From contig CAWEZE010000023.1 in assembly GCA_963813485.1 (NCBI GenBank), positions 52,690-116,689 of the forward strand: 64,000 bases of DNA, written 5' to 3'. The position numbers and the translations under genes are program-made. The notes beneath the pieces were generated by a model that made no database searches, was not told the DNA's origin, and was given only the letters and a program-made list of their open reading frames with translations. This document shows, one piece after another, positions 35,084 through 45,592 of the stretch. Each line of letters opens with the position of its first letter. Position 1 is the first letter of the stretch. The DNA is from an uncultured bacterium. Lineage in GTDB: Bacteria; Actinomycetota; Acidimicrobiia; Acidimicrobiales; VFJN01.

Positions 35084-35553
35084 GCCAACAGACGTATGCG
35101 CCCGTCGTTCGGACCATCACCGTGGCCGCGTCTCGAGAGCGTGCCTTCAAGGTGTTCACCGAGCAGTTCGGGAGCTGGTGGCCGAGGGAGTACAGCATCG
35201 GCGAGTCCGACATGGCCGACTTCGTGCTGGAGCCAAGGGTCGACGGCCGGTGGTACGAAGTCGGCGTCGACGGCAAGGAGTGCGACACCGGCCGGGTGAC
35301 CGCCTTCGAGCCTCCCGAGCGGGTCACCCTGGCATGGCAGCTCAACGAAGCGTGGCAGTACGACCCCGATCCGGCCCACGCCAGCGAGGTCGAGATTCGC
35401 TTCATCGCCGACGGGCCGAGCAGCACGCGGGTCGAGCTGGAGCATCGGCACTTCGACCGGCACGGGCCCGGTGCCGACGGCGTCCACGGCGGCGTCGCCA
35501 GCCCGCAGGGCTGGACCTACTGCCTGGAGCTGTTCGCCAAGGCCGTCTCCTGA
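35080..35553 (+). CDS. SRPBCC / AHSA1-family protein
   Basis: 157 aa: VVRTITVAASRERAFKVFTEQFGSWWP. It has an ATGA overlap with the ArsR gene. Confidence 0.85.
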   Translation: MSQQTYAPVVRTITVAASRERAFKVFTEQFGSWWPREYSIGESDMADFVLEPRVDGRWYEVGVDGKECDTGRVTAFEPPERVTLAWQLNEAWQYDPDPAHASEVEIRFIADGPSSTRVELEHRHFDRHGPGADGVHGGVASPQGWTYCLELFAKAVS

Positions 35554-35620
35554 CGCGGGCCCGGCCGGGCAACGGTCGCCCGGCCGGGGCGCCGCTCCCC
35601 CGGCGGCCTCGATGGCGCTC

Positions 35621-36943
35621 TCACCCGCCGATGTCGAGTTGTGGGGCCCGGTCGAGGACGTGTCCCACGGCGTTGGAGACCGCAGCCAGGTCGATGGCGG
35701 CAACGAAGGTCGAATACGTCAGCCACGTGAGCGCCCACCCGGGGTCGAGGACCCACGGGGGGCGGTGCACCGGGCTGCGGCACAGACCCAAGCGGCGCAG
35801 CTCGACGAGGGCGGGTATGTCGAAGAGGTCGAGCTTGCCGGCGAACAGCGTCCCCACGCAGTCCAGGCGCTCCTGTACGAATGCCGCCCGGATGAACGTG
35901 CTCACCGCCAGGAAGCCGGACAGGTACACGCAGTCCTTGGTGAACGGGGCACCGCCGGTGACCGGCCCACCCCGGAAGATGCGGCGGGTGCTCTCGAAGG
36001 CCTGTTCGGCGTCGGGCGACCGGTCCGAGAACCATCGGAAGAGCTCGACGAAGTCGGCCCCGTCGATGACCATCTGAACCCCGAGGACCCGGTCGGACAA
36101 GCGGCGGAACCGGTCGAGCTCGAGCGTGCCCGACACGAACTCGGAGAAGACGGCGAGGCCTTCCTGGGTGCGGGTGGTGCCCGGATGCCCGATGGCCAGT
36201 ATCGGCAAGTCGGTCTGGTACCGACCGTTCACGGCCGTCAACACGTGGATGAACGCCTCGTGATTGAGCAGCTGCGCCGCGTCGCGTGCGGTGAATCGCG
36301 CCCCGGACCGCACCTTGATCCGGCTCGCCGTGGCCAGGGCGTTCGCCGAGAGCTCGTCGACGATCTTGATGGCCGGCGCGTCGTCGGGGCCGAAGTGGGC
36401 GATCACCCCGGAGGACAGGATGTCGGCGACCTCCTGGGCCGAGTGGTCGCGCGAAACCTCGAACGACAGGCCCACGCGGTCGAGTCCGAGCAGGACCTCA
36501 CTCACGCGCTGGGCGAGCTCGTAGGGGGTTATCGGGTCGTACCGCAACGGCGTGTGCGGGGTGCCGTAGATGGCCTGGTTGTACGTGAGGAACGACTCGG
36601 TGCCTCGCGCTGCCAGCATCCGAGCCGTCAGCTCGACCGAGTTCGCAACCGACTCCAGCCAGTCGTCGACCAGACCTCCCGGGTAGATCGACCGGCGGGC
36701 CTCGCTGACGGCCTCGACGACCGGCTCCTCGTCGAACGGTGGGTACTCGACCGACGGGAGCGCGTCGCCGCCCCCGGCGAGAAACTCCTCGCGGACCGAG
36801 GCGGGCCAGCGCAAAGCCGACAGCACCCGGATCGGCTTCGCGATCTCGTACAGTCGGTGGGCGACCGACCGGTAGCGCTCAGCATCGGGATCCGTCGCAG
36901 GGCCCGCCACCGCCTCCGCTCCCGGCGTTTCGGTCGGGCTCAT
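35621..36943 (-). CDS. DUF1704 / QEGLA-motif protein (tyrosine carboxypeptidase-like)
   Basis: ATG 36943 lies inside track ORF 35621..37096 (440 aa). It contains HEAFIHVLT and TRTQEGLAVFSE. Confidence 0.8.
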   Translation of the reverse strand: MSPTETPGAEAVAGPATDPDAERYRSVAHRLYEIAKPIRVLSALRWPASVREEFLAGGGDALPSVEYPPFDEEPVVEAVSEARRSIYPGGLVDDWLESVANSVELTARMLAARGTESFLTYNQAIYGTPHTPLRYDPITPYELAQRVSEVLLGLDRVGLSFEVSRDHSAQEVADILSSGVIAHFGPDDAPAIKIVDELSANALATASRIKVRSGARFTARDAAQLLNHEAFIHVLTAVNGRYQTDLPILAIGHPGTTRTQEGLAVFSEFVSGTLELDRFRRLSDRVLGVQMVIDGADFVELFRWFSDRSPDAEQAFESTRRIFRGGPVTGGAPFTKDCVYLSGFLAVSTFIRAAFVQERLDCVGTLFAGKLDLFDIPALVELRRLGLCRSPVHRPPWVLDPGWALTWLTYSTFVAAIDLAAVSNAVGHVLDRAPQLDIGG

Positions 36944-37118
36944 GGCCGCCGCGCCCTGCCGCGGGTGCAGCTCACAGCGGTGGGCTCGTGCGCGATGGCG
37001 GCGGCCACGGGTCAAGCGTGGTCGGCCCTGAGGCCGCCGCCTCACCCTGCGTGGGTGAATCGGAAGCCGGCCCCTTGCGGACGCCTGGTGGTACAAGAGC
37101 TCGAGTGTTCGACAGGGC

Positions 37119-38519
37119 TCACACGGCCGTCGTCGGGTAGCCCGCCGCCGTCCAGGCGCTCATCCCGCCGAGGACGTTGATGACGTCGAGATCGGTACGG
37201 GCGTCGAGGAGGCTGGCCGATACCGAGGACCGGTAGCCGGATCCGCACGTGACGGCCACGGGTCGACCGGTGCGGCGGACGTCGTCGAGGCGTAGGGGCA
37301 GTTCGCCGCCGGTGATGAACGTGGCGCCTTCCACATGGCCGTCGGCCCATTCGCTGGGCTGACGGACGTCCAGCAGGTCGACCTCGCCGGCGGCGAGGCG
37401 CTGGCGGAGCTCGTGCACGGTGATCTGCGGGAGCCGCTCGAGATCCAGGGCCGCGGTGCGCCAGGCCAGCATCCCGCCGGCCAGCCATCCGACCGGCAGC
37501 TCGTAGCCGATGCGCAGCAGGTCCCAGGTGACGGGCCACAGGTCGGCCGGTGAGTCGAGGACCAGCACGACGTCGGCGTTCTCGTCGAGGACCGTCCCCG
37601 CCCAGGTGGGGAAGGACGCACCCTGCCCGACGTTCAGCGCGCCCGGGATGTGCCCGCCCCCGAACGCCTCGGGGGGCCGGGTGTCGAGCACGACGGCGCC
37701 GTCGCGCGCCGCCCGCGACACGGCGTCGGTCTCGAGCGCCGGTGGTTCCCCCAGCACGCCGAGCGGGGCGACGCCGGCGAGGTTCTGGCGCCGCATCCGT
37801 TTCCAGTACGGCGGGACGGCCGGCAGGTTGTCGAGGCGGAGGCAATGCTCGACGAACTCGGCCTTGGAGGAGACCGCGGCCAGGATCTCGTTGGTGCGGC
37901 GTTCGTAGCCGACGGTCGTGGACAGGCGGCTGCCGATGTTCCCGCCGCACAGCGAGCCGGCGACGTGGGTGGGGAACACCTCGACGTGGTCGGGCAGCTC
38001 GAGGATCTTCGTCTGGATCGTGCGGCAGAATTCCTTCGCGGCGGCCTCGGCTTGGTCGCGCCCGCCGAGCAGGTCGGGACGGGCCAGGTCACCGACGAGC
38101 AACGCGCCGCCCGACAGCAGCAGGGCGGGCACGTCGGCCGACGCCGACCGGTCGTACACGAGCACGCTGATGTGTTCGGGCGTGTGCCCCGGGGTGTGCA
38201 GCACCTCGAAGCCGACCTCGCCCAGCTCGAACTGCTCGCCGTCGTGAAGCGCCCGATGGTCGAAGCCGACCTCGCCGGCCGCCGAGGCGAGCAGTTCCAC
38301 GTCGCCCCGCTCCGCCACCTCGGTCAGGCCCGAGAGGTAGTCGTTGTGGCCGTGGGAGTCGAGGGCGTGGCGGATCCGCAGTCCCTGCACCCGTGCGACG
38401 TCGAAATAACCGGAGACGTCACGCTGCGGGTCGAGCAGCAGCGCCTCTCCGGTCTCCTCCGACCCGACCAGGTAGGAGGCATGGCCCAAGCCCTGCACGT
38501 AGAACTGCTTGAAGAACAC
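37119..38519 (-). CDS. MBL-fold metallo-hydrolase fused to two rhodanese domains
   Basis: GTG 38519 (VFFKQFYVQGLGHASYLVG) lies inside track ORF 37119..38975. It has the HGHNDY (HxHxDH) motif and the rhodanese active-site loop CGSGYRS. Confidence 0.85.
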   Translation of the reverse strand: MFFKQFYVQGLGHASYLVGSEETGEALLLDPQRDVSGYFDVARVQGLRIRHALDSHGHNDYLSGLTEVAERGDVELLASAAGEVGFDHRALHDGEQFELGEVGFEVLHTPGHTPEHISVLVYDRSASADVPALLLSGGALLVGDLARPDLLGGRDQAEAAAKEFCRTIQTKILELPDHVEVFPTHVAGSLCGGNIGSRLSTTVGYERRTNEILAAVSSKAEFVEHCLRLDNLPAVPPYWKRMRRQNLAGVAPLGVLGEPPALETDAVSRAARDGAVVLDTRPPEAFGGGHIPGALNVGQGASFPTWAGTVLDENADVVLVLDSPADLWPVTWDLLRIGYELPVGWLAGGMLAWRTAALDLERLPQITVHELRQRLAAGEVDLLDVRQPSEWADGHVEGATFITGGELPLRLDDVRRTGRPVAVTCGSGYRSSVSASLLDARTDLDVINVLGGMSAWTAAGYPTTAV

Positions 38520-38526
38520 GCCGGCG

Positions 38527-41500
38527 TCAAGGGCCCGCGGCCATGGCCGCGGGCGGCGCCACGTAGGGCTTCTCCGGGTCGGCCCCCTCGAGCTGCCAGA
38601 CCTCGTGGCCATAGGTGTCGAACACGAGGAACTGGTCGGGGCCCGGGTCCTTGGCGTCGTTGCCCCGATGGAGGATGTAGGCGAGCTGGTCGGCCCCGTC
38701 GGCCAGGTCGATCGCGGAACTCGATGCCGAACACGTCCTGGCCGATCGGGCGGAGCGGGATCGTCCCACGCGGTCTCGGTCGCCGCGCCCGTCCAGACGT
38801 GCAGGCCCCAGAAGTCGTTGAAGTCGGTGCTGGTGGGGTCGCCGTAGTCGCGCGGCCGGACGCCGGTAGTGGATCGTGGCGAAGTCCTCCGCCGCCCCCC
38901 GGGACCGGTGGACCACCTGCTCGCCGGGCTGGAACCAGGCCGTCGGCGTCTCGGTCGGCGTGAAGGTCTGGGCATCGACGTCGACGGTCCCGCCGTTGCG
39001 GATGGTGACGGTCAGCGGCGACGACAGGTCCGGTGGCGTCAGCGTGAACACTGCGCCGTAGTCGTCCGTTGCGTCGGGCGGGGCGTTGGTCATCGACGGG
39101 ACCGGCCGCGCTGGTCACGTCGATCGTCACGCCCGAGCAGTCGGTACAGGCGTAGTGGACCGTGGCGTGGCCCTGGGCCTCGGCTTGGGACGTGTAGATC
39201 GTCACGTCGCCCTGGCGTAACCAGATCTCGGGGGTCGCGCCCGGGTCGAAGCTCCGGTCGGGGCTGTTGTCGGGGTCCTTGGTGTCACCGCGATGGACGA
39301 TGAAGTTCACCGGCAGCGTGTCGTTCGCGAGCTTCACGAAGGCGAACCGGCCGTACTCGTCCTCACCCAGGAACGGCTTGGGGGTGGTCCAGTCGGTGGC
39401 CTCCTCGGGGGCGATGGCATCGCCCCACAGGTGCAGGCCCCAGAAGTCGTTGGCGTTGCCGGTGGTGTGGTCCCCGTAGTCGCCGGCCGGGCGGGCGTAG
39501 TGGACGACGGCGTAGGGGGTCTCCGGCGCGGCGGCCTCGGGGAACTCGACACCGACGTTGACCACCTCGTCGGCGGCGAGGTGTCCCGAAAGGTCGTTGA
39601 CGATCGCCCGGAACGACAGCTTGGTGTCCTCGTGGCCGCGCAGGTGGCTGGCGTCGTAGAACACGCGGTACGGCGGGTTGTCGTCGGTGCCGATCGGCAC
39701 GTACTCGCCGGAGCCCTCACGCACGGCGAAGGTCACCTCGGCGTACGCGTCCTGGTCGAGCTCGGCTGCCACCTCGACCCGGTCGGCGACCTGGTGGCCG
39801 TCCCACGAGTTGGTGCCCAACGCCACGGTGTCGCCGTGCTCGAGGCTGGTGATGGCGATGCCGGGGGCGGCGTCGCTGGCCGGCAATGGCCGGTTGGCCT
39901 GGTAGATGACGACTCCCAGGGCCGGCACGGTGACGCTGAGCTCGCCGTCTGGCCCGGTGGTCGCCGTGTCGGGCACGCTCCCGCTAGGCGCCAGCTTGCG
40001 CGACACGAGCTTGTACTTCGCACCCGCGGGTGAGAACGTCGGCACCTCGGCGCTGGCCGCTGCCTCGCTGTTGTTGAGGGCGACCACGTATTCGACGCGT
40101 TGGTCGCGGTCGATCCGGGAGAAGGCGTAGACGCCGGGGCCGGCGGAGCTGACGCGGTGGATCTGGGCGCCGGAACGTAGCGCCGGGTGCTGTCGGGAGA
40201 GCTTGGCGAGCTCGCCGATCGTGTCGTAGAGCGGGTGGTCGCGGTCGAAGTTGTCGTCGGCCGAGGTCTCGTCGGTGCCGATCAGGTCGTTGTCGGCGTA
40301 CGAGGGCACGGCGTTGGCGAACATGTCCTCGCGGGCGTCCTTGTCGCCACCGTCGCCGACGAAGCCCTGCTCGTCGCCGTAGTAGACGACCGGCTGGCCC
40401 CGGGCGAAGAACATGAGGGCGTGCGCCAGCCGGGAGCGGGCCAGTAGCTCGGCGTCGCCGGCGCCAGCCTGGTCGACACGCTGGAGGAAGTAGCCGATGC
40501 GCCCCATGTCGTGGTTCCCGAGGAACGTGGGCATGGCGTAGGCGTTGCTGTCGGCGTCGGTGTAGTAGTCATCGAGGGCGAAGAAGTCGCGCAGGGCATC
40601 GGTGGGCGCGCCCTGCGACGCGAACCCACGCGCCGCCAACTGGAAGGCGAAGTCGATCGTCGACTGCAGCCGGCCCTTGGTGGAGAACTCGCTCATGAAC
40701 GCCGGGCCGAACTGCTGGTCGAACACCTCGCCGAAGGCGAAGAAGTCGTCGATGCCCCGCGCCTCGGCGGCGGCAAGGATGTCAGGTCCGAACTTCTGCC
40801 AGAACTCCATGTTCACGTGCTTGGTGGTGTCGATACGGAACCCGTCGACGCCGAACTCGTCGATCCAGAACGAGTAGATGTCGACCATCCCCTCGACCAC
40901 CTCGCGGCGCTCGGTCCACAAGTCGTCGAGACCGAAGAAGTCGCCGTACAACGAGTTCTCGCCGGTGAAGCTCGTGTTGCCCCGGTTGTGGTACAGCAAC
41001 GGGTCGTTGAGCCAGGCGGGGTTCTTCACGTCCGCCTCGTCGGGCGGCAGCGTTGCCGCGTAGGGGAACGAGCCCGCATTCACCTCCGGGAACGAGTAGT
41101 CGGGCTGGCCCGAGTAGGCGAAGTCGGAGTCGTCGAACGGTTGTCCGCTCGCGTCGCGGTAGGGGAAGTCGCGCTTGTTGCGATAGCCCGCGTTGCCCTC
41201 GAGCTGGATGACATCGGCGGTGTGGTTGGTGACGATGTCCATGACCACCTTCATGTCGCGGTCGTGGGCCTCGTCGACCAAGCGCGGCGAAGTCTGCGTT
41301 CGTGCCGAGATGGGGGTCGACGTGGAGGAAGTCCTCGATCCAGTAGCCGTGGTAGCCGGCGGAGTGCCCGTACAGGTCGGTGGTGTCCGACTGCGTCGGC
41401 TTGTTGGTGAAGATCGGCCCCACCCAGATGGCGGTTACGCCGAGACCCTGGAGATAGGGCAGCTTGCGGCGCAGGCCCTCGAGGTCGCCACCGTGGTAGT

Positions 41501-42404
41501 AGCCCTTCTCGCTAGGTAGGTAGCCGTGGGCCAGCACGTTCTCCTGGGTGTCGCCGGCCACGCAGGCTCCTGCAAAGGCACCGCAGTTGTTCCTGCGATT
41601 GCCGTCGTTGAAGCGGTCGGGCATGGCGAAGTACAGGACCTCGTCGACGAACGGGTGGCGCACGGGCTCGCGCACGAGGGCGGCGTCGTCGACCGGCGTC
41701 GCCGGCGTCACCGCGATGTCGAGGACGTGGCTGCCCTGGTCATAGCTGAACGTGACGACGTCGCCGGCGCCACCGACCGTGAACGGGATGTTGGCGCCGT
41801 CACGCACGCCGCCGCCGCCGTAGTTCTCGTCCCAGGTCTCGTCGATCGCCACCTTGGCCTCATAGGCGCCGGGTGGCAGCGATGACGTGGAGAATCGCCC
41901 GACACCATCGCCGTCGGCGTCCTGCAGCCACGACCTCAGGCAACCCGGGTCCCAGTCGCTCGCACAGCCCAGCTCGCTCTGGAAGCTGCCCGGTACCGTC
42001 GCGATCACCGACGTCTGGTTGTCGGTGGCCCAGTGAGTCTCGTCGTCGTAGAAGAACTTGACCTGGCTCGGCCCGCCGAGGGACACGCCGATGTTCTGCC
42101 CATCGCGCACCGCGCCGGCGCCGTAGTTCTCGTCCCACGTGCCGTCGAGCGCCGCCTTGTACTCCCAACTCCCGGCCGGGAGCGGGAAGCTGCCCTGCCA
42201 CACACCGTCGTCGGGGTCGAGCGTCAGATGGGTGGCCGCGCACTCCGGCTGCCAGTCCCCCGGGCAGCCCAACTCCTGCTGGAAGCTCCCGGCGACGGTC
42301 ACCGTCGCCGGCTCAGCCGCAGCCGGGGTCACCGGTCCGGCTACGCCGAGCGTCGCGGCCACCAGGCCGGGGACCAGTAGCAGCACGAGCGGTCTACGTG
42401 CCAT
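38527..42404 (-). pseudogene. secreted GH13 alpha-amylase/pullulanase-type enzyme with N- and C-terminal carbohydrate-binding repeats, broken by five +1 frameshifts
   Basis: ATG 42404 is followed by the signal MARRPLVLLLVPGLVAATLG. It has a 2x GSFQxELGC..DW.P.C module and a GH13 core (GFRIDTTKH, FLGNHD). The reading path crosses track ORFs 40782..43244, 38324..41281, 38527..39093, 37119..38975, 38324..41281 and 38527..39093. Confidence 0.85.
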
Positions 42405-42538
42405 GGTCGACACCCCCTCCGACTGCTCCTGAGCATAGGTGGCGACCGCGGTCGGGCGGCGGGCATGTCCACGGCTCGCTGCGACGTCCGGATCTCGTTC
42501 CTCGGTCCGGAGAGGCGCGTGACATCGTGGTCGTGCCG

Positions 42539-42816
42539 ATGCGCGAGCAACCCGAGCTGCCCCCTGACGCCGAGCTGGTCGCCCGCCTGCGCGCCAAGGA
42601 CGACACCGCCTTTGCGCTGGTGCTCGACGCCTGGTCGGGTGGCATGGCGCGTGTGGCCCGCTCCATCGTGTCGACGTACGCCTCCGCCGACGAGGTCGTG
42701 CAGGACGCGTGGCTCGCGGTCGTCCAGGGCCTCGCAGCGTTCGAGGGCCGGTCGGCAAGCTGGAGGAGTACTGCGCGGCGTCGGCATCCGACGTCGGTAC
42801 CGAGGTGAGGCAATGA
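42539..42816 (+). pseudogene. ECF sigma-70 factor remnant (internal deletion)
   Basis: Region 2 (LVARLRAKDDTAFALVLDAWSGGMARVARSIV...DEVVQDAWLAVVQGLAAFEGRS) stops after about 75 aa. A different frame carries a sigma-like tail GKLEEYCAASASDVGTEVRQ*, whose TGA (42814-42816) overlaps the anti-sigma ATG. Confidence 0.55.
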
Positions 42817-43072
42817 CCGACCTGAACTGCGACGAGCTGGTGGAGCTGGTCACGGACTACCTCGACGGCGCCCTCGACGACGAGACCGAGCGTCGCGTCA
42901 CCGACCACCTGGCCGATTGCGATGGCTGCACCACCTACGTCGACCAGGTCAAGCAGACTGCGATGGCTGCGAGCAGTACGTCGATCAGGTCCGCCAGACT
43001 GTTCGCCTCGTCCGCACCGTCTATCGCGGTGGCCCGCCGGGCAACGCGACGTCGATCCAGACCAAGCGGTGA
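42813..43072 (+). pseudogene. zf-HC2 anti-sigma factor disrupted by a 41-bp tandem duplication
   Basis: MTDLNCDELVELVTDYLDGALDDETERRVTDHLADCDGCTTYVDQVKQT is followed by a second copy of the CDGC..YVDQV.QT segment, shifted by 41 nt. The tail VRLVRTVYRGGPPGNATSIQTKR* ends at 43070-43072. Confidence 0.55.
42919..43000 (+). repeat. imperfect 41-bp tandem duplication (2 units, 31/41 identical)
   Basis: Unit 1 (42919-42959): gcgatggctgcaccacctacgtcgaccaggtcaagcagact. Unit 2 (42960-43000): gcgatggctgcgagcagtacgtcgatcaggtccgccagact. Confidence 0.8.
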
Positions 43073-44280
43073 TCAGAGCTGGGGAAGGGGAAGTCACCCA
43101 CCAAGCGGAAGAGCGGATCGTCGGCGGTCGGCCAGAACACAGCTGCGTCGACGATGCGTAGCGGGCGAGAAGGAAGCACGTAGTCCACCCGTAGGTTTCC
43201 CGGCGTCGAGTCGGCAAAGTCGGCGGTGTCGAGGGCGGGGTCACCGCGGTGGGTCAGGTTGGCGCCGCCCTGACGTTCGGCCGCGTCCACCGCGCCGTCG
43301 CTCGCCGGTGTCACCGAGGTGTTCACTCGCTGGTGCTCGAGGAGCAGCTGGGCGGCGCCCGGCACGCTGTCTCCGTCGAGCGGATCGGCGTTCTGATCGC
43401 CGGCGATGACGAACCGCGCCCCCGGCCTCAGGCCGCCCCGCTTCCCGGCGTCGTCGTAGATGTAGCGCGACGTCCTCCCCGGCGTCACGTAGTCAGCCCA
43501 GAACCGGATCTCGTCGTGGTTGCGTCGCCCGTTGCGGTCCTCGGGCCCGTCGAACACCGGGGGCGTCGGGTGGCTGACCAGCAGGTGCACGATGCGCCCA
43601 TCGACGTTGATGGGCAGGTCCCAGTGCGACTTCGATGACAGTCGCACGGCGGCCAGCTCCTCGGCGGAGAACCAGTCCGCGGGCTCGGCGGTGGTCGGGT
43701 CGTCGGGTAGCAGGGCTCGTGGCATGTCCGCCCACAGGAACGTCTGAAAGGTGCGAACATCTTCGAGCAGGATCGGATGCATCGAGTACACGGCCATGCC
43801 GAACTGGCCCTCGAAGAACCCGAACCCGAAGGCATCGTCGGGGCCGCCGACGGCTCCGTCGTTGTTGAGGTCAAAGCCGGAGGGGATCCCCGTGTTCGAC
43901 GGGGCAACGAAGCGGTAGGGATACTCGATCGCCGCCGCGGCGTTGTGAGGGACTGACAGATAATTCTCTTGGAACAAGCGAGCGGCGATACCGCTCGAGT
44001 CGAAGTCGAACTCATTGATCAGCAGGACATCGGGCCGCGCACGCTGGACGATCTCCGCCACCGTTGCCGCCTGGACGTCGTTCGGCGAGGACAGGTCCTC
44101 GACGAGCTCACCCGAGACCCCGCGGTTGAGAGAGGCGTTGAACGTAGCGAAGCGGGCCACTGGCGGGCCCTTCCCCCTGGCGTCGGTCGCCGCGGCGATC
44201 GGCGAGCCGACTCCGACGGCGGTGGAACACGCGGCGCCCAGCAAAACCGCCAGCAGTAGGCGGACCGGTCGAGCTCGCAT
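43021..44280 (-). CDS. secreted endonuclease/exonuclease/phosphatase (EEP) family protein
   Basis: ATG 44280 lies inside track ORF 43021..44424. It has the signal MRARPVRLLLAVLLGAACS, then DVLLINEFD, GDQNADP and SDHRLVWIDV. Confidence 0.8.
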   Translation of the reverse strand: MRARPVRLLLAVLLGAACSTAVGVGSPIAAATDARGKGPPVARFATFNASLNRGVSGELVEDLSSPNDVQAATVAEIVQRARPDVLLINEFDFDSSGIAARLFQENYLSVPHNAAAAIEYPYRFVAPSNTGIPSGFDLNNDGAVGGPDDAFGFGFFEGQFGMAVYSMHPILLEDVRTFQTFLWADMPRALLPDDPTTAEPADWFSAEELAAVRLSSKSHWDLPINVDGRIVHLLVSHPTPPVFDGPEDRNGRRNHDEIRFWADYVTPGRTSRYIYDDAGKRGGLRPGARFVIAGDQNADPLDGDSVPGAAQLLLEHQRVNTSVTPASDGAVDAAERQGGANLTHRGDPALDTADFADSTPGNLRVDYVLPSRPLRIVDAAVFWPTADDPLFRLVGDFPFPSSDHRLVWIDVALPGGPPR

Positions 44281-44459
44281 CGGTGGACCTCCCGGACAGT
44301 GCCACCCGCCTAGGCGGACGTTACCGGCTCCGTGGGACCGACGCTGGGCCCGACATCCGGGCTGGGCAGGGGTGCGGCCGCGCGACGTCCAACCACATGA
44401 GGACTTGGGCCTACATGTAGACACTCACCAGCGTCGCCGTCGACGCCGTGGGAGGTCCG

Positions 44460-45572
44460 ATGTCCGAGAGCCGAGCTGCCTTCGCCGAGCTGCTCGCCAC
44501 CCTGCGTACCGTCGGCGACCGTTTCGCCGGGGAGGATTGGGGGCTGACCGATCCCGCCGACGTCGCCGAGGGCCTACGCGTGGTGACGCACATCCTGGCC
44601 GCCGGCCTCGAGACGCAGTTCGAGGACGACGCCGCGCTCCCCGTGTTCCGTGCCATCGTCACGCCGTGGCGCAAGGCGCTCGGCGACAACGCAGACGCCC
44701 GCTACCACGACGCACCGGTCCACCCGGCCGGCACGTACCGCGTGCGGGGACGGATGGCCGGGGCCGTCTACGTATCGTTCACGGTCGAGGCGGGTGCCAC
44801 TGACGGCGCCTTCCCGTCGGGAACTGCGGGATCGCTGAACGACACCGGGTTCGACGTGGCGGAAGACGGCTCGTTCGAGATCATCCTGGGCGGCCCGGAG
44901 CGCACCCGGGGATGGCTGGCCCTCCCGGAGGACGCGTCCCGCGTCACGGTGCGCCACTACTGGGAAGGCGTCCGATCTCCCAACATCCCGCCGGTCCCGG
45001 ACCTGGCCCTGGCGATCGAGCTGGTCGACGGCGACGTTCCCGCGACCCCGGCGGCGCCGACCGACGGCACGGTCGCGGCGGCGCTCCGCCGCATGGCCAC
45101 ATTCGTTCGCAGCCGCACCCTCGAGACCATCCCGAAGCCGGGCGAGGGCGACGCCCCCGCCTTCGTGTCACGGGTGCCGCACGTCTTCCCGCCGCCCGTG
45201 CGCCCGGGCACCCACGCTCTCGCCGCGGCCGACGCCGCCTACAGCATGGCGCCCTACCTTCTCGGCTCCGACGAGGCCCTGGTCATGCGCGTCCGCTGGC
45301 CGCGCTGCCGGTGCGCCAACGTGTCGCTGTGGAACCGTCAGCTCCAGACCTTCGACTACCTGCGCCATCGGGTGAGCCTCAACCGCGCCCAGGCCGTCGC
45401 AGGCCCCGACGGCTCCGTGGCCATGGTCATCGCCCACCGCGACCCCGGCGTCCCCAACTGGCTGTCGACCGAAGGGCGGCCGTTCGGGTTGGTGTTCTGG
45501 CGGTTCATGCTCCCCGAGGGCCCGATCGACACACCCGACGCCGAGGTCGTTCCCATCGACTCGCTGGCGTGA
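44460..45572 (+). CDS. conserved hypothetical protein (DUF1214-like, tentative)
   Basis: 370 aa with normal composition. The start could be ATG 44460 or GTG 44448. Confidence 0.55.
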   Translation: MSESRAAFAELLATLRTVGDRFAGEDWGLTDPADVAEGLRVVTHILAAGLETQFEDDAALPVFRAIVTPWRKALGDNADARYHDAPVHPAGTYRVRGRMAGAVYVSFTVEAGATDGAFPSGTAGSLNDTGFDVAEDGSFEIILGGPERTRGWLALPEDASRVTVRHYWEGVRSPNIPPVPDLALAIELVDGDVPATPAAPTDGTVAAALRRMATFVRSRTLETIPKPGEGDAPAFVSRVPHVFPPPVRPGTHALAAADAAYSMAPYLLGSDEALVMRVRWPRCRCANVSLWNRQLQTFDYLRHRVSLNRAQAVAGPDGSVAMVIAHRDPGVPNWLSTEGRPFGLVFWRFMLPEGPIDTPDAEVVPIDSLA

Positions 45573-45592
45573 CCGCTCCCCGGTTGCGCGGT

